Source of the DNA: an uncultured Acidobacteriota bacterium
GTDB lineage: Bacteria; Acidobacteriota; UBA6911
Direction of reading: 5' to 3'
DNA length: 60,452 bases
Assembly: GCA_964613495.1 (NCBI GenBank)
Contig: CAZTHE010000005.1
Span: forward strand, 1 to 60,452
Shown piece after piece: positions 8,704-17,970 of the stretch. Positions within the stretch are counted from its first letter, which is position 1. Every line of letters begins with the position of its first letter. The notes below the pieces were generated by a model, which had not been told where the DNA came from, did no database searches, and saw only the letters and a list, made by a program, of their open reading frames with translations. The position numbers and the translations under genes were made by a program.

Positions 8704-11094
8704 CTACTTCGGAAGTCCGGCGATCCGGCCCTCCAGGATCGCGATTTCTTCCGGCGAGAGCCGGACGCTTTCCAGCGTGCGCTGATACAGAGCGCGGGCC
8801 TCCCTCGTTTTCCCCTGCTTGAGATAGATCTCGCCCAGCAGGAGCGTCGCCTCGACGTGGGGCGTCTCCTGCCGGATGATCCGCCGCAGGATATCGACCG
8901 ACGCCGCCGAATCGCCGCTCCGCTCCAGGTAAAAGGCCAGGGAATAGGCGTACTGCGCATCCTCCGGTTCCAACCGGTAGGCGCGGCGCAGATAATCGAT
9001 CGCCGGACCCATCCGCTTCTGCTGCGCTTGCACCATTCCCAGGTTATAGGCCGCGACCGCGGATCCTGAATCCAGCTCGACGGCCTTCTTGAAAAAAACT
9101 TCGGCCTCCCGGATCTTTCCCATTTCCCCGAGCAGCAGACCCAGGTTCAGATTCGCCTCGAGGCTTTCCGGATACAGTTCCCGGGCCCGGCGCAGGCTCT
9201 TTTCGGCCTTGTCGTTCGACCCGAGCGCGTTGTAGGCGAAGGCGATATTCACGTAAGGCAGCAGGCCGCGCGGCTGCAGGCGGATCGCGGTCTCGTAGAA
9301 TTCGACGGCCTTCGCGTAATCCCGCTGCGAGGAATGGAAATTGCCCATATTGTAGTGCGAGGCCCAGTGGTCCGGACGGGCGTCGAGCGTCGCCTTGAAT
9401 TCCCCGATCGCCGTGTCGACTGCCGCCGCGGCCGCGGCATCGAGCCAATCCCGCGGAACGGCGGCCATGACGGAGGCGGCCCGGATGCGCACCAGCCGGG
9501 ACGGATCCCGGACGGCCGCGCCGAGCGCTTTGACCGTCTCCGGGCCGATGCGGTCCCCGAGAGATTCGGCCGCACTGGCGCGCACCAGCGGCGAAGGATC
9601 TTCCATCGTGCGCATGAGGACCGGCCATTTCCGCGGGTCCACGCAGGGCCGCATCAGTCGGATCAGCGAGGCGGCGAACACGGCGTCGCGGTCCTTGCGC
9701 TCGAGGTATTCCAGCATTGCCGGAAGTTTTTTCCAGTCCCGCTTGCGCGCCGCATCGACCAGGGACGCCCGGTGCAGCACCGGCGCCTGGTAGTCGCGCT
9801 TCCGCCACTTCCGCACCCAGCCGTCGGCCCAGGCGGCGTCCTTGTCCGTGTGGCAGACGTTGCAGGCGTTGGGCGATCGGAACTCCATCGTCGCAGCGGG
9901 CGCCGGCGGCAGCATCGAATGATCGCTGCGGCGCATCCGGGCGAATTCCGTCATCGGCATATGACAGGAAACGCACTGGCTCCCCGCGCTCCCGTCCGGG
10001 TGGTGCGAATGGCCGGACGCATCCTTGACCCTGTCGGCGTGGCAGGGCATGCACGCTTTGTTTCTCTCGTCGGCCCCGAACTGAAATCTCCCGCTCGAGG
10101 TGTGGCAGTGCAGGCAGTCCATCTGGCCCGACTGCGCGCAGGGACTCATCAGCCACTGGGTGTACGTGTAGTTTTCCCCCAGGTCCCTTCCGTCGGGGTA
10201 GTAATCCGGCTGCTCCAGAACCACCAGGTCAAAATGGTCGAAGAAATCGTCTCCGGGACGGTAGGAAACGGTCAGCGGCGACGCCTTGGCGTGGCAGACG
10301 GAGCATGCGCCGGCGGCAATTTTCCTGTCATATTTCGGAGGGCTGATCACGTCGATTTTGAGATCGGCGGGAGGCTGGCCCTTCGAGGCCTCGCGGCAGA
10401 CGCGGACGTGCTCCACGGCGGACCCGTGGCAGGCCTCGCAGTTGATGCCCGGCTCGCTCCAGACCGAGTTGTAGGTGTCGGTCTTCAGATCGTAATTGCG
10501 CGCGAACTGGCTTACGTGGCATCCGTAGCAGGAGGTGTTGAAGGTGTACTCCTGGTCCTTCCAGCCGACGGGATCTTCCTCGATGCCGTGAAAATGGCGG
10601 ATTCCGCTCGCCGCCGTGTCGAACCAGGCTTTTCGCCTCACGTCGTAGGCCAGGGGGAGGACCTGCAGGCGGCCGCGGTCCATGGGCGTGAGGAAGTAGA
10701 AGACGTTCTTGCCCCCCAGCGCGTGCATCAGCGGATACTTGGTGCTTCCGCCCGGACCCGACTCCAGGACCCACGCGCGTTTTCCGTCAAATTCCACGCG
10801 GCAGGCGGAGTCTCCGATCGTCAGCGGTTCATCATGGGCCGTGAGCCTCGTCCGGAACAGTTCTGCCGTAAACGGCTGCATCGCCAGGCCGTGATGCGAC
10901 GGGGCCCAGAGCCGGTAGAAGTTTTCGTGGCACTCGCGGCAGGACTGAGATCCGGAATAGGCGGAGCCATCCGGTCCGGTTTCTCCCGCGGACCGGAAAG
11001 ACAGGAGGCCCGGCTTGAACCGATAGAGAGCGATCCCGGCCGCGGCGAACGCCACGACGGCCAGGAGAATGACCAGAGACACTTTTTTCTTCAT
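8704..11094 (-). CDS. Multihaem c-type cytochrome fused to HEAT-like and TPR repeats
   Basis: N-terminal TM/signal sequence. Eight CxxCH motifs (CRECH, CYGCH, CEACH, CSVCH, CLHCH, CMPCH, CVSCH, CNVCH). C-terminal half has HEAT-like (VRASAAESLG, VRIRAASVMA) and TPR repeats. Confidence 0.85.
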   Translation of the reverse strand: MKKKVSLVILLAVVAFAAAGIALYRFKPGLLSFRSAGETGPDGSAYSGSQSCRECHENFYRLWAPSHHGLAMQPFTAELFRTRLTAHDEPLTIGDSACRVEFDGKRAWVLESGPGGSTKYPLMHALGGKNVFYFLTPMDRGRLQVLPLAYDVRRKAWFDTAASGIRHFHGIEEDPVGWKDQEYTFNTSCYGCHVSQFARNYDLKTDTYNSVWSEPGINCEACHGSAVEHVRVCREASKGQPPADLKIDVISPPKYDRKIAAGACSVCHAKASPLTVSYRPGDDFFDHFDLVVLEQPDYYPDGRDLGENYTYTQWLMSPCAQSGQMDCLHCHTSSGRFQFGADERNKACMPCHADRVKDASGHSHHPDGSAGSQCVSCHMPMTEFARMRRSDHSMLPPAPAATMEFRSPNACNVCHTDKDAAWADGWVRKWRKRDYQAPVLHRASLVDAARKRDWKKLPAMLEYLERKDRDAVFAASLIRLMRPCVDPRKWPVLMRTMEDPSPLVRASAAESLGDRIGPETVKALGAAVRDPSRLVRIRAASVMAAVPRDWLDAAAAAAVDTAIGEFKATLDARPDHWASHYNMGNFHSSQRDYAKAVEFYETAIRLQPRGLLPYVNIAFAYNALGSNDKAEKSLRRARELYPESLEANLNLGLLLGEMGKIREAEVFFKKAVELDSGSAVAAYNLGMVQAQQKRMGPAIDYLRRAYRLEPEDAQYAYSLAFYLERSGDSAASVDILRRIIRQETPHVEATLLLGEIYLKQGKTREARALYQRTLESVRLSPEEIAILEGRIAGLPK

Positions 11095-11469
11095 ACCGCG
11101 CTTTTCCCCTGTTCCCGAACCATGGACCCATATCGGAGCGCGCTGCCGCTCCGCATCCCGTCGGCGGGATACCGTTCCACACCGGGTGCCATACTCTGTC
11201 TGCGAAGGTGACGGGTCTGCATTGCTTTTGCATTATTGCCCGACGGCCCGATTCGGCGCAACAAATTCGGCCTCAGGGCATAATCCCCGGCAACGCGATT
11301 CGGTTTTTCCACGAGCAAGAGGTCCGGGCTTCGCCCGGACGCGGGAGCTAAACCGCCCATTTGTCGGAAGCGCTTTTTCCTGAGCCGGGCTCAAAGGTTG
11401 GCTTTGAGGCGTTTCCAAACAGGCTCTGCCACGAATTGCACGAATTTTTGCCCGCACATTCGGGCAGGG

Positions 11470-12108
11470 CTATTTCTTCGCGAGGAGGCAGTAGAAGCCG
11501 GGCTCGTCGACGAACAGGTCGATGCGCAAATCGTTTCGCCGGAACAGATCTCGCATTTCCGATTCCGCGGGGAGATGGTCGTGCATGACCGCGTCGCACG
11601 ACCCGTGGTGCTTCTTCAGTCCCTCGGACGACTCGAGGTGGGCGACCACCAGCGTCCCCCCGCGCTTCAGGATGCGCGACAGCGCCCGCAGGGTGCGCTC
11701 CTTGTCGTGAAAGTGCGGAAAGCAGGCGAAGCAGACCACCACGTCGCAGGTTTCGTCCTCCAGGGGCGCTTCCGCGGCGTCCCCGACGATGAAGCGGATA
11801 TTGTCCTCCGTGTGAAGTTTTCTGTTGGTCTCGATCATCTTCTCCGCAAAATCCAGTTCGTACAGCATCCCGGTTCGCGTGATCCGCTGCAGGATCCTGG
11901 GAACGAGAATGCCGGATCCGCAGCCGGCATCCAGCACGTGGTCCCCAGGCTTCAAAGGCAGGACGGAAAACAGCCGGTCCAGTCCCTCCCGGTGCAAGTC
12001 CAGCCGTCCGGTCTCCGGATCCCTGTAAAAGGTATCCAGCCAGGATTCCGCCCGGTCATTGAAGAACTGTTTTCTCGTCCGATAGATTTCTTCCGGAGTC
12101 CGTTTCAT
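11470..12108 (-). CDS. Class I SAM-dependent methyltransferase
   Basis: Motif I VLDAGCGSGIL, post-I YELDFAEKM, and VVCFACFPHF. Last gene of the metal-uptake operon. Confidence 0.85.
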   Translation of the reverse strand: MKRTPEEIYRTRKQFFNDRAESWLDTFYRDPETGRLDLHREGLDRLFSVLPLKPGDHVLDAGCGSGILVPRILQRITRTGMLYELDFAEKMIETNRKLHTEDNIRFIVGDAAEAPLEDETCDVVVCFACFPHFHDKERTLRALSRILKRGGTLVVAHLESSEGLKKHHGSCDAVMHDHLPAESEMRDLFRRNDLRIDLFVDEPGFYCLLAKK

Positions 12109-12952
12109 GGTCCGAATTCCTTTGAGAGCGCTTCCGGCGATGGCGCTTCGGAGAAAAGAAAAACGCCAGAGCGAAGATCGCCGTGGCCATCAGTACGATG
12201 GACGCTCCGGAGGGAAGGTCGAAGACATAGGAAAGCATCAGTCCCGATACGCAGGCGGCGATGCCCGAGGCGGCGGCGATCAGGTAAAAGAGCCGCAGGT
12301 CGTAGGCCAGCTGCATCGCGGTGGCGCCCGGCTGGATGAGCAGCGCGAAGATCAGCAGGCCGCCCACGGTCGACAGGTTCGACGACACCACCGCGCCGGT
12401 CAAAAGAAGCAAAGTGTAATAAATGACGCGTTCCGGCACGCCGCCCGACGCGGCCAGCTTCCGGTGGAAAAGCACCGCGCGGATTTCCTTGAAGAAGAGC
12501 AGGATGAACAGCAGCAGGACGGCCGTGAGGACCGCGAGCACGGCGAGGTCGCGGCGGGAAAGCGACAGCATGTTTCCCCACATCAGGCCGAGCGCCCCGG
12601 CCTTGGTCCTCGTCAGCACGCTCATGCCGAGAAACGCGATCCCCATCAGGAAGGAGAAGAAAATGCCCAGCATGTTCTCCGGCGCCATGCGCGACCGGTC
12701 GGAAAAGGGCGCGAGCACCCCCGCCACGATCAGGCACAGGGCGAATCCGCTAAGGACGGGGTTGACTCCGGCCAGCATGCCGATCACGGCGCCCGCCAGC
12801 GCGGCGTGCGACATCGACACGCCGATCAGGGGCAGCCGCATGAGGATGATGAACACGGAGAGCATGGAACAGCTCATCCCGCACAGGACGCAGGCGGCGA
12901 GGGCCCGCTGCATCGGGAGATAGGTCAGCCCTTCGAGAAAATGGTCAACCAA
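12056..12952 (-). CDS. Metal ABC transporter permease (ABC-3/ZnuB/TroC type)
   Basis: 298-aa polytopic protein. The LIGVSMSHAALAGAVIG region is typical of the ABC-3 family. 8-nt overlap with the ATPase stop. Confidence 0.85.
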   Translation of the reverse strand: MVDHFLEGLTYLPMQRALAACVLCGMSCSMLSVFIILMRLPLIGVSMSHAALAGAVIGMLAGVNPVLSGFALCLIVAGVLAPFSDRSRMAPENMLGIFFSFLMGIAFLGMSVLTRTKAGALGLMWGNMLSLSRRDLAVLAVLTAVLLLFILLFFKEIRAVLFHRKLAASGGVPERVIYYTLLLLTGAVVSSNLSTVGGLLIFALLIQPGATAMQLAYDLRLFYLIAAASGIAACVSGLMLSYVFDLPSGASIVLMATAIFALAFFFSPKRHRRKRSQRNSDHETDSGRNLSDEKTVLQ

Positions 12953-13721
12953 AGGAAACGAACCTCCTGCCGTTCCGCTCGAAAGTTTCCAGGGGATATT
13001 CGAAGAGCGCGCTCAGCATGGAACCGGTCAATGCGCGGTCCACGGACCCGTCGAAGACGATTCGCCCGTGATTCAGGAAGACGGAGCGCCGCATGCATTT
13101 GGGTATCAGGTTGAAATCGTGGGTGACGTACAGGACCGCCATCGATTCCCGCTCGTACAGGTCCGCCACCAGGTTGAGTACTTCCATCTGGACGGCGATA
13201 TCGAGGTTGGCGGTCGGCTCGTCCAAAAGGAGGATCTCCGGCCGCTGGATGATGGCGCGCGCCAGCGAAATTTTCTGCCGCTCCCCGCCCGAGAGGTGGC
13301 CGAGCGGCCGGCGGGCCAGGTGCGCGATGCGCATCATCGCCATCAGTTCCATCGCCCGCGCGCGTTCGGGTTCGCCGGGGGACCGGAACAGGCCCGTGCG
13401 GCCGTAGACGCCCGTCAGCACCGCCTCCAGCGCGAGGATCGGGAAGGACGGATCGATTTCGAACGACTGCGGGACATAGCCGACGCGCATGCGGGCGGCC
13501 CGCGCGCGCTTCCAGGTTTCGGCGCGCCCGAAAAGGCGGCACCGCCCGTCGAATCTCTCGAACCCGGCGACGACGTTCAGCAGGGTGGTCTTCCCCGCCC
13601 CGTTGGGTCCGACGATGCCCACGAACTCGTTGCGCGAAACCCGGAAATCGACCCGGTCCAGCAACACCGCGTCGGACTTTCGGACCGACACCCGGTCGAG
13701 TTCAATCACCGGATTTTCCAT
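12945..13721 (-). CDS. Metal ABC transporter ATP-binding protein
   Basis: Start at MENPVIELD (ATGA overlap with the upstream stop). Walker A GPNGAGKTT, signature LSGGERQ, Walker B LLLDEP. Confidence 0.9.
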   Translation of the reverse strand: MENPVIELDRVSVRKSDAVLLDRVDFRVSRNEFVGIVGPNGAGKTTLLNVVAGFERFDGRCRLFGRAETWKRARAARMRVGYVPQSFEIDPSFPILALEAVLTGVYGRTGLFRSPGEPERARAMELMAMMRIAHLARRPLGHLSGGERQKISLARAIIQRPEILLLDEPTANLDIAVQMEVLNLVADLYERESMAVLYVTHDFNLIPKCMRRSVFLNHGRIVFDGSVDRALTGSMLSALFEYPLETFERNGRRFVSFG

Positions 13722-14551
13722 CACATCCTTCCCGCCGCCAGTACGGCATCCACGTTCTCCTCGAGAGTGGCCAGGTACCCATTTTCGGACGGGAAGTTGG
13801 CAATGACCACGTGCGGCACCTTCAGCGCCTCGGCGATTCCCTTCCCGGCCTCCGGCCCGGACTGGAGATTGTCCACGATCAGGGCGGCGCCGCTCTCCCG
13901 GCCGATCCGTATGAGCGATGCGATTTCCCTGGCCGAGATGGATTCGGGCCTGCCGTATTCGCCCGCGATCCGGCATCCCATCCATTCCAGCGGGCCACGG
14001 AGCATGGAGGAAGCGATCACGCCCATCGGGGCAATGCCGGCGCGGCGGATCTTTTCGCCGAGCGCCCTGTCTTTTTCGGCGACCTCGCGCATGGCGCGGT
14101 CGCGTCTCTCGGCGATCCGGCCCGCATGCTCCGGGAAGCGTCCCGATAGCCTGTCCGCAAGTATCTTCATACCTTCGACGTAGAACGGCGGCGCCATCCA
14201 GTTGCGGCCCTGAGTATCGATACGGATTTCCCTGGCGGCATCCCTCTCCACATCCTGCATGAAGGGCATGTTGACGAAAGATATCACCAGGTCCGCCTTT
14301 TTGACCCTGGCCAGATCGGAAAGCTTGACGTCATAGTGGCCGGGGCACTGTCCGGGAGGCAGGATGGCGGCCGCGGTGAATGATTCGGCCGGCAGCAGCG
14401 ACTCGCACATGCCCGACAGGATGGTGTCGGACGTCACGATGCTTTTTTTGCCTTCCGCCTGCTTGTCTGGCGTATTTCCGCCGCAGCCGGCAGAGATGAA
14501 TGCGGTCAGCATCAAAACAAGGATTGCAGACGCCGTGGTTTTTGACGCCAT
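13721..14551 (-). CDS. Metal ABC transporter substrate-binding lipoprotein (TroA/ZnuA-like)
   Basis: Start at MASKTTASAILVLMLTAFISAGCGG (lipobox). Cluster-9 binding-protein size and operon context. Confidence 0.8.
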   Translation of the reverse strand: MASKTTASAILVLMLTAFISAGCGGNTPDKQAEGKKSIVTSDTILSGMCESLLPAESFTAAAILPPGQCPGHYDVKLSDLARVKKADLVISFVNMPFMQDVERDAAREIRIDTQGRNWMAPPFYVEGMKILADRLSGRFPEHAGRIAERRDRAMREVAEKDRALGEKIRRAGIAPMGVIASSMLRGPLEWMGCRIAGEYGRPESISAREIASLIRIGRESGAALIVDNLQSGPEAGKGIAEALKVPHVVIANFPSENGYLATLEENVDAVLAAGRM

Positions 14552-14589
14552 GTTCGATTTCTCTCCTCTCAGCGGCATGGCGGGCCTTT

Positions 14590-14676
14590 GATTCCGGATT
14601 CCGGATTCCGGATTGAATCCAGCCTGCCGAAAACTCATCAGCCTATCCGGAATCCGAAATCTGAAATCTGGAATCC
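14590..14676. repeat. Inverted heptamer arrays (GATTCCG)n ... (CGGAATC)n forming a long hairpin
   Basis: Left arm 14590-14623 is GATTCCG x3 plus GATTGAA. Right arm 14645-14676 is CGGAATC CGAAATC TGAAATC TGGAATC, followed by a T7 run. Confidence 0.8.
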
Positions 14677-14717
14677 TTTTTTTGTTCCCCGCCGCTCGCA
14701 CTTGCGGGTCCTGCGCA

Positions 14718-16802
14718 TTAATGAAACCGCACCTTCAACCCGGCAACAAATGTGATGCCGGGCATATCGTAGCCGACGGCATACTGGTAGTCGTCGTCGA
14801 ACAGGTTGTTCACGCCGATGTAGATCTCCGAATTTTTCATTTCCCACGACGGCCAGTCGAAACTGCGGCTCAGTTTCAAATTGACCAGCGCACTGTCGTC
14901 CAGCCGGAGGGCTTCGCCAAGGTCGGCATAGTTGAATCCCTGGGTGCGGAAACTGGTGCTCGAATATACTCCGTGCAGGTGCTGCAGGTCGGCATGCAGC
15001 CGGTATTTTTTCAGCTGCCAATCGGCCCCAACCTGCAGCTGAAACTTCGGCGTGTAGGACAGGCGTGAGGTCGTGAGGCCGTCGTTTCCGGTGGCTTCGG
15101 AATCCAGCCAGGTCACTCCGCCGAAAAGGTCTACCGTATCCACGGGCGATATCGTGCCGGTGATTTCCAGGCCGTCGATGCGGTATGAGCCGATCGGGTC
15201 GTTCCACTGGGTGGGAATAGGCCCGAACATGTATGCGCGGAACCGGTCCTTCCCGTCGTCGCGGAACATCGTCAGTCCGAGGGACGCGGCGCCCGGCAGG
15301 TTGTGCGTCAGGCTGACCTCGTAATGGTCCACCACTTCCGGTTTGATTTGAGACCAGTACTGCGCGGGATTTTCGACGGCCGAGGCGTCGAGCACGAGCG
15401 CCTGCAAAACCACGGGGCTCGGGTAATTGGCGCCCCTGGCGTAGTTGAATGCGAAGTCGGTGTCCTTCCACCCGATCACGATTCCCGCCTGCGGCGAGGA
15501 CGCGTTCTTGAATTCGCCGTGGGCATAGAAGCGATACCCGGCCGACGGGATCACATGGAAGCCCCGGGAATCGCCCATCATCTGGCTCAGCGCCACGTAG
15601 GGCGAGAAGAGCGTGATTTCGGGGAAATTCCAGACCCTTTCCGCGCGGCCGCCGTTGACTCCCGCGACGACTTCGCCGCTATTGGTCCTCTGCGTGTTCG
15701 TCAGGTCCGCCCGGTCCAGGTCGAATCCGGCCACGAGTTCCCCGCCGTCCCAGAGGCGAATTTTTTCCTTCGCGCGGATCCCGTACAGGGCGATCTCCTG
15801 CAGCGAGGAAACGCCGCCCCCACCGTAGGGGACGCCGTTGTTCAGTTCCTGCCGCAGTTGGAAGTCGGTGTCGTTCCAGTACGCCTTCACAAAACCTTCG
15901 GTGCTGTCGTAGTAGTGGTTCAGCGTCAGGGTGGCAAACGTGGTTTCGGTGTCGAATCGCTCCGCCATCGGCCAGACGACTCCGGGCACGTCTTCGGGCA
16001 TCGGCGCGAGGGTCTGGGAGTTCACGTAGCTGGCCACGAAACGCAGGTCCCATTCGCGGGTGAGGCGGAAACCCGCGTTGGCGTAATAGCTCTGCTGCTG
16101 GGAGCGGGAATGCGCGACATGGCCGTCGGTCGACGTCCAGCTCTGGGACAGGAAGAGGTCGAAGGACCCGTCGCGGTATCCCCCGTTGAGAGACTGGTCG
16201 AAGGTGCCGAAATTGCCGCCGCCGAGATCCAGCCCGAATGTCCACCCGTCTCTGGTCATGGTGCGGGGCAGGATGTTGATCGACGCGTATCCGCTGCCGA
16301 ACTCGGACGGCTGGGGGCTCTTGAAGACCTCGATCCCGCCGATGGTGGAAACGGCGGTGCCGTCGCCCAGCACCTGGCCGTAGAGCGCGCCGAAGCGCGG
16401 CACCCCGTCGAACTGGACGGCGAAATCGGAACTGGGGTGGCTCGCTCCCCGGCCGCGGATATAGACGCTGTGGCTGGTCTGGCTTCCGGCCAGGTTCCTG
16501 CTCTGGAACATGACGCCGGGCACGCTGCGCAGGGCCGATTGGAAATCCAGCGGTTCGAGCTGCCCGATCTGTTCGTCGGTGACCAGGTTGTGCTGGGTCG
16601 CGTAGCGGGTGGTGAGGGGAGTCACCGGCTTGACGTCAGGGTTGACGTAAGGCGCTTCCGTGACGGTAATCTCCTCCAGCTCGTAAGTTTTGTCCTCATC
16701 GGCTTTCCGGGAGCCCGCACCGGACTGCGCCGACGCCATGGCCGGGCATAGACAAACGGTGATGGCGAGCAGCGCAATAAGCCGGCTTCCACGCAAATTC
16801 AT
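14718..16802 (-). CDS. TonB-dependent receptor
   Basis: Signal peptide MNLRGSRLIALLAITVCLCPAMASAQ. Plug motif IGGIEVFKSPQPSEFG. C-terminal ITFVAGLKVRFH. Confidence 0.9.
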   Translation of the reverse strand: MNLRGSRLIALLAITVCLCPAMASAQSGAGSRKADEDKTYELEEITVTEAPYVNPDVKPVTPLTTRYATQHNLVTDEQIGQLEPLDFQSALRSVPGVMFQSRNLAGSQTSHSVYIRGRGASHPSSDFAVQFDGVPRFGALYGQVLGDGTAVSTIGGIEVFKSPQPSEFGSGYASINILPRTMTRDGWTFGLDLGGGNFGTFDQSLNGGYRDGSFDLFLSQSWTSTDGHVAHSRSQQQSYYANAGFRLTREWDLRFVASYVNSQTLAPMPEDVPGVVWPMAERFDTETTFATLTLNHYYDSTEGFVKAYWNDTDFQLRQELNNGVPYGGGGVSSLQEIALYGIRAKEKIRLWDGGELVAGFDLDRADLTNTQRTNSGEVVAGVNGGRAERVWNFPEITLFSPYVALSQMMGDSRGFHVIPSAGYRFYAHGEFKNASSPQAGIVIGWKDTDFAFNYARGANYPSPVVLQALVLDASAVENPAQYWSQIKPEVVDHYEVSLTHNLPGAASLGLTMFRDDGKDRFRAYMFGPIPTQWNDPIGSYRIDGLEITGTISPVDTVDLFGGVTWLDSEATGNDGLTTSRLSYTPKFQLQVGADWQLKKYRLHADLQHLHGVYSSTSFRTQGFNYADLGEALRLDDSALVNLKLSRSFDWPSWEMKNSEIYIGVNNLFDDDYQYAVGYDMPGITFVAGLKVRFH

Positions 16803-16912
16803 TTATCTCGTCCTCCTCGGGACTCTCAAGAATGGTAGTACGATTTTTAGAAACGTAACACTAACAGAGAAGAAAGGCGTTCTCAAGAAAAAACAGATCA
16901 TGCGAGCGATCA

Positions 16913-17027
16913 GGTTGGAAGGTTTGAAGGTTTGAAGGTTGGGGGGTTGGGGAGAGTTGGAGAGATTCGTGAAATCCGTGGCCCCTCCCAGCCTCAATTC
17001 ACCGGCGAGATTCGTGAAATGCGTGGC
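16913..17027 (+). repeat. Short tandem array (AGGTTTGA-like) followed by two CGTG boxes
   Basis: 16913-16963 is GGTTGGAAGGTTTGAAGGTTTGAAGGTTGGGGGGTTGGGG... CGTG boxes are GATTCGTGAAATCCGTGGC (16964-16982) and GATTCGTGAAATGCGTGGC (17009-17027). Confidence 0.8.
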
Positions 17028-17064
17028 ATTGGGTCGGGGCGGGATAATATTTTGACGGCGGGGT

Positions 17065-17970
17065 TTACGTGTTATCGTCCAACCGGAACCGGATGGCCAT
17101 GCGGGCGCGGCAGGCTATGGGGGTTCCATTTTCCATGGCGGGCTTGAATTTCCACAACCGCACCGCTTCCAGGGCAGCCTCATCGAAACCGTGGCCGGCC
17201 TTCTCGAGCACGCGGGCTTCAATCAGGCGCCCGGCTTCGTCGAGGAGAATGGAAAGCACCACCTTCCCTTCCCTCCCCATCCTGCGGGCGTATTTGGGGT
17301 AAACGGGCTTGTTCATTTTCACGAGGCGCGGACCCGTTTCCGTCCCGAGGACGCGTTCTTTTATTGCCTCGCCGCCCGCTGGACCGGGCAATCCCTTCGC
17401 GCTTCCCGTTCCCGGCGTCCCGGATCCCGAGGCGGAACCTCTGCCGGCGCCGCTTTCATGCCCGGCCCATCCATAGGAGTGTCCGCCGGCGGACATTCCG
17501 AACGACAAAAGGATCGATCCTGCCGGCAACCCGAAGCTCAACGGATCGTACGGCTCCGCATCCGGAGGCGCCGGGATGGCGGCCAGCCGAAGCGGCTCTT
17601 CATCTTCGGGGCGAACCGGGGGAGGCGGGGGTTCCGGTGCGGGCGACTGCGGCTCTTCGGGAACGACCGCCGTCCGCAGCGGGGCCGGTTCTTCCCCTCC
17701 GCGCGCCGTGTCGAGTTCCTTCGCGACGGCGAGCCGCGCATCGGCCCAGGTCATCGGGCGGACGACGAAGACGACATCCATGAGCGCCGCGTCCGCTTCG
17801 ACCAGTCGATACGAGCCGAAAATCAGCAACGCGCCAAGCGCGAGAGCATGAAACGCAACCGAGACAGACAACGCCGTCGCCCGTCGACGCCCCGTCAATG
17901 TCCGACCGTCATTTCCGCTAAACATGGAGAACCTGCCGCCCAATAGGCTTCCCACCCTGGAGTTCATCAT
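17065..17970 (-). CDS. tonB: Energy transducer TonB
   Basis: N-terminal TM segment, Pro-rich linker (PEEPQSPAPEPPPPPVRPEDEEP), and C-terminal TonB domain YPKYARRMGREGKVVLSILLDEAGRLIEARVLEKAGHGFDEAALEAVRLWKFKPA. Confidence 0.85.
   Translation of the reverse strand: MMNSRVGSLLGGRFSMFSGNDGRTLTGRRRATALSVSVAFHALALGALLIFGSYRLVEADAALMDVVFVVRPMTWADARLAVAKELDTARGGEEPAPLRTAVVPEEPQSPAPEPPPPPVRPEDEEPLRLAAIPAPPDAEPYDPLSFGLPAGSILLSFGMSAGGHSYGWAGHESGAGRGSASGSGTPGTGSAKGLPGPAGGEAIKERVLGTETGPRLVKMNKPVYPKYARRMGREGKVVLSILLDEAGRLIEARVLEKAGHGFDEAALEAVRLWKFKPAMENGTPIACRARMAIRFRLDDNT

Noticed and set aside
12056-12108. A 53-nt overlap between the ABC permease 3-prime end and the methyltransferase start, which might signal a frameshift
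   Set aside because: Both reading frames give sensible protein up to their ends, and no alternative start exists for the methyltransferase. It is treated as a genuine overlap.
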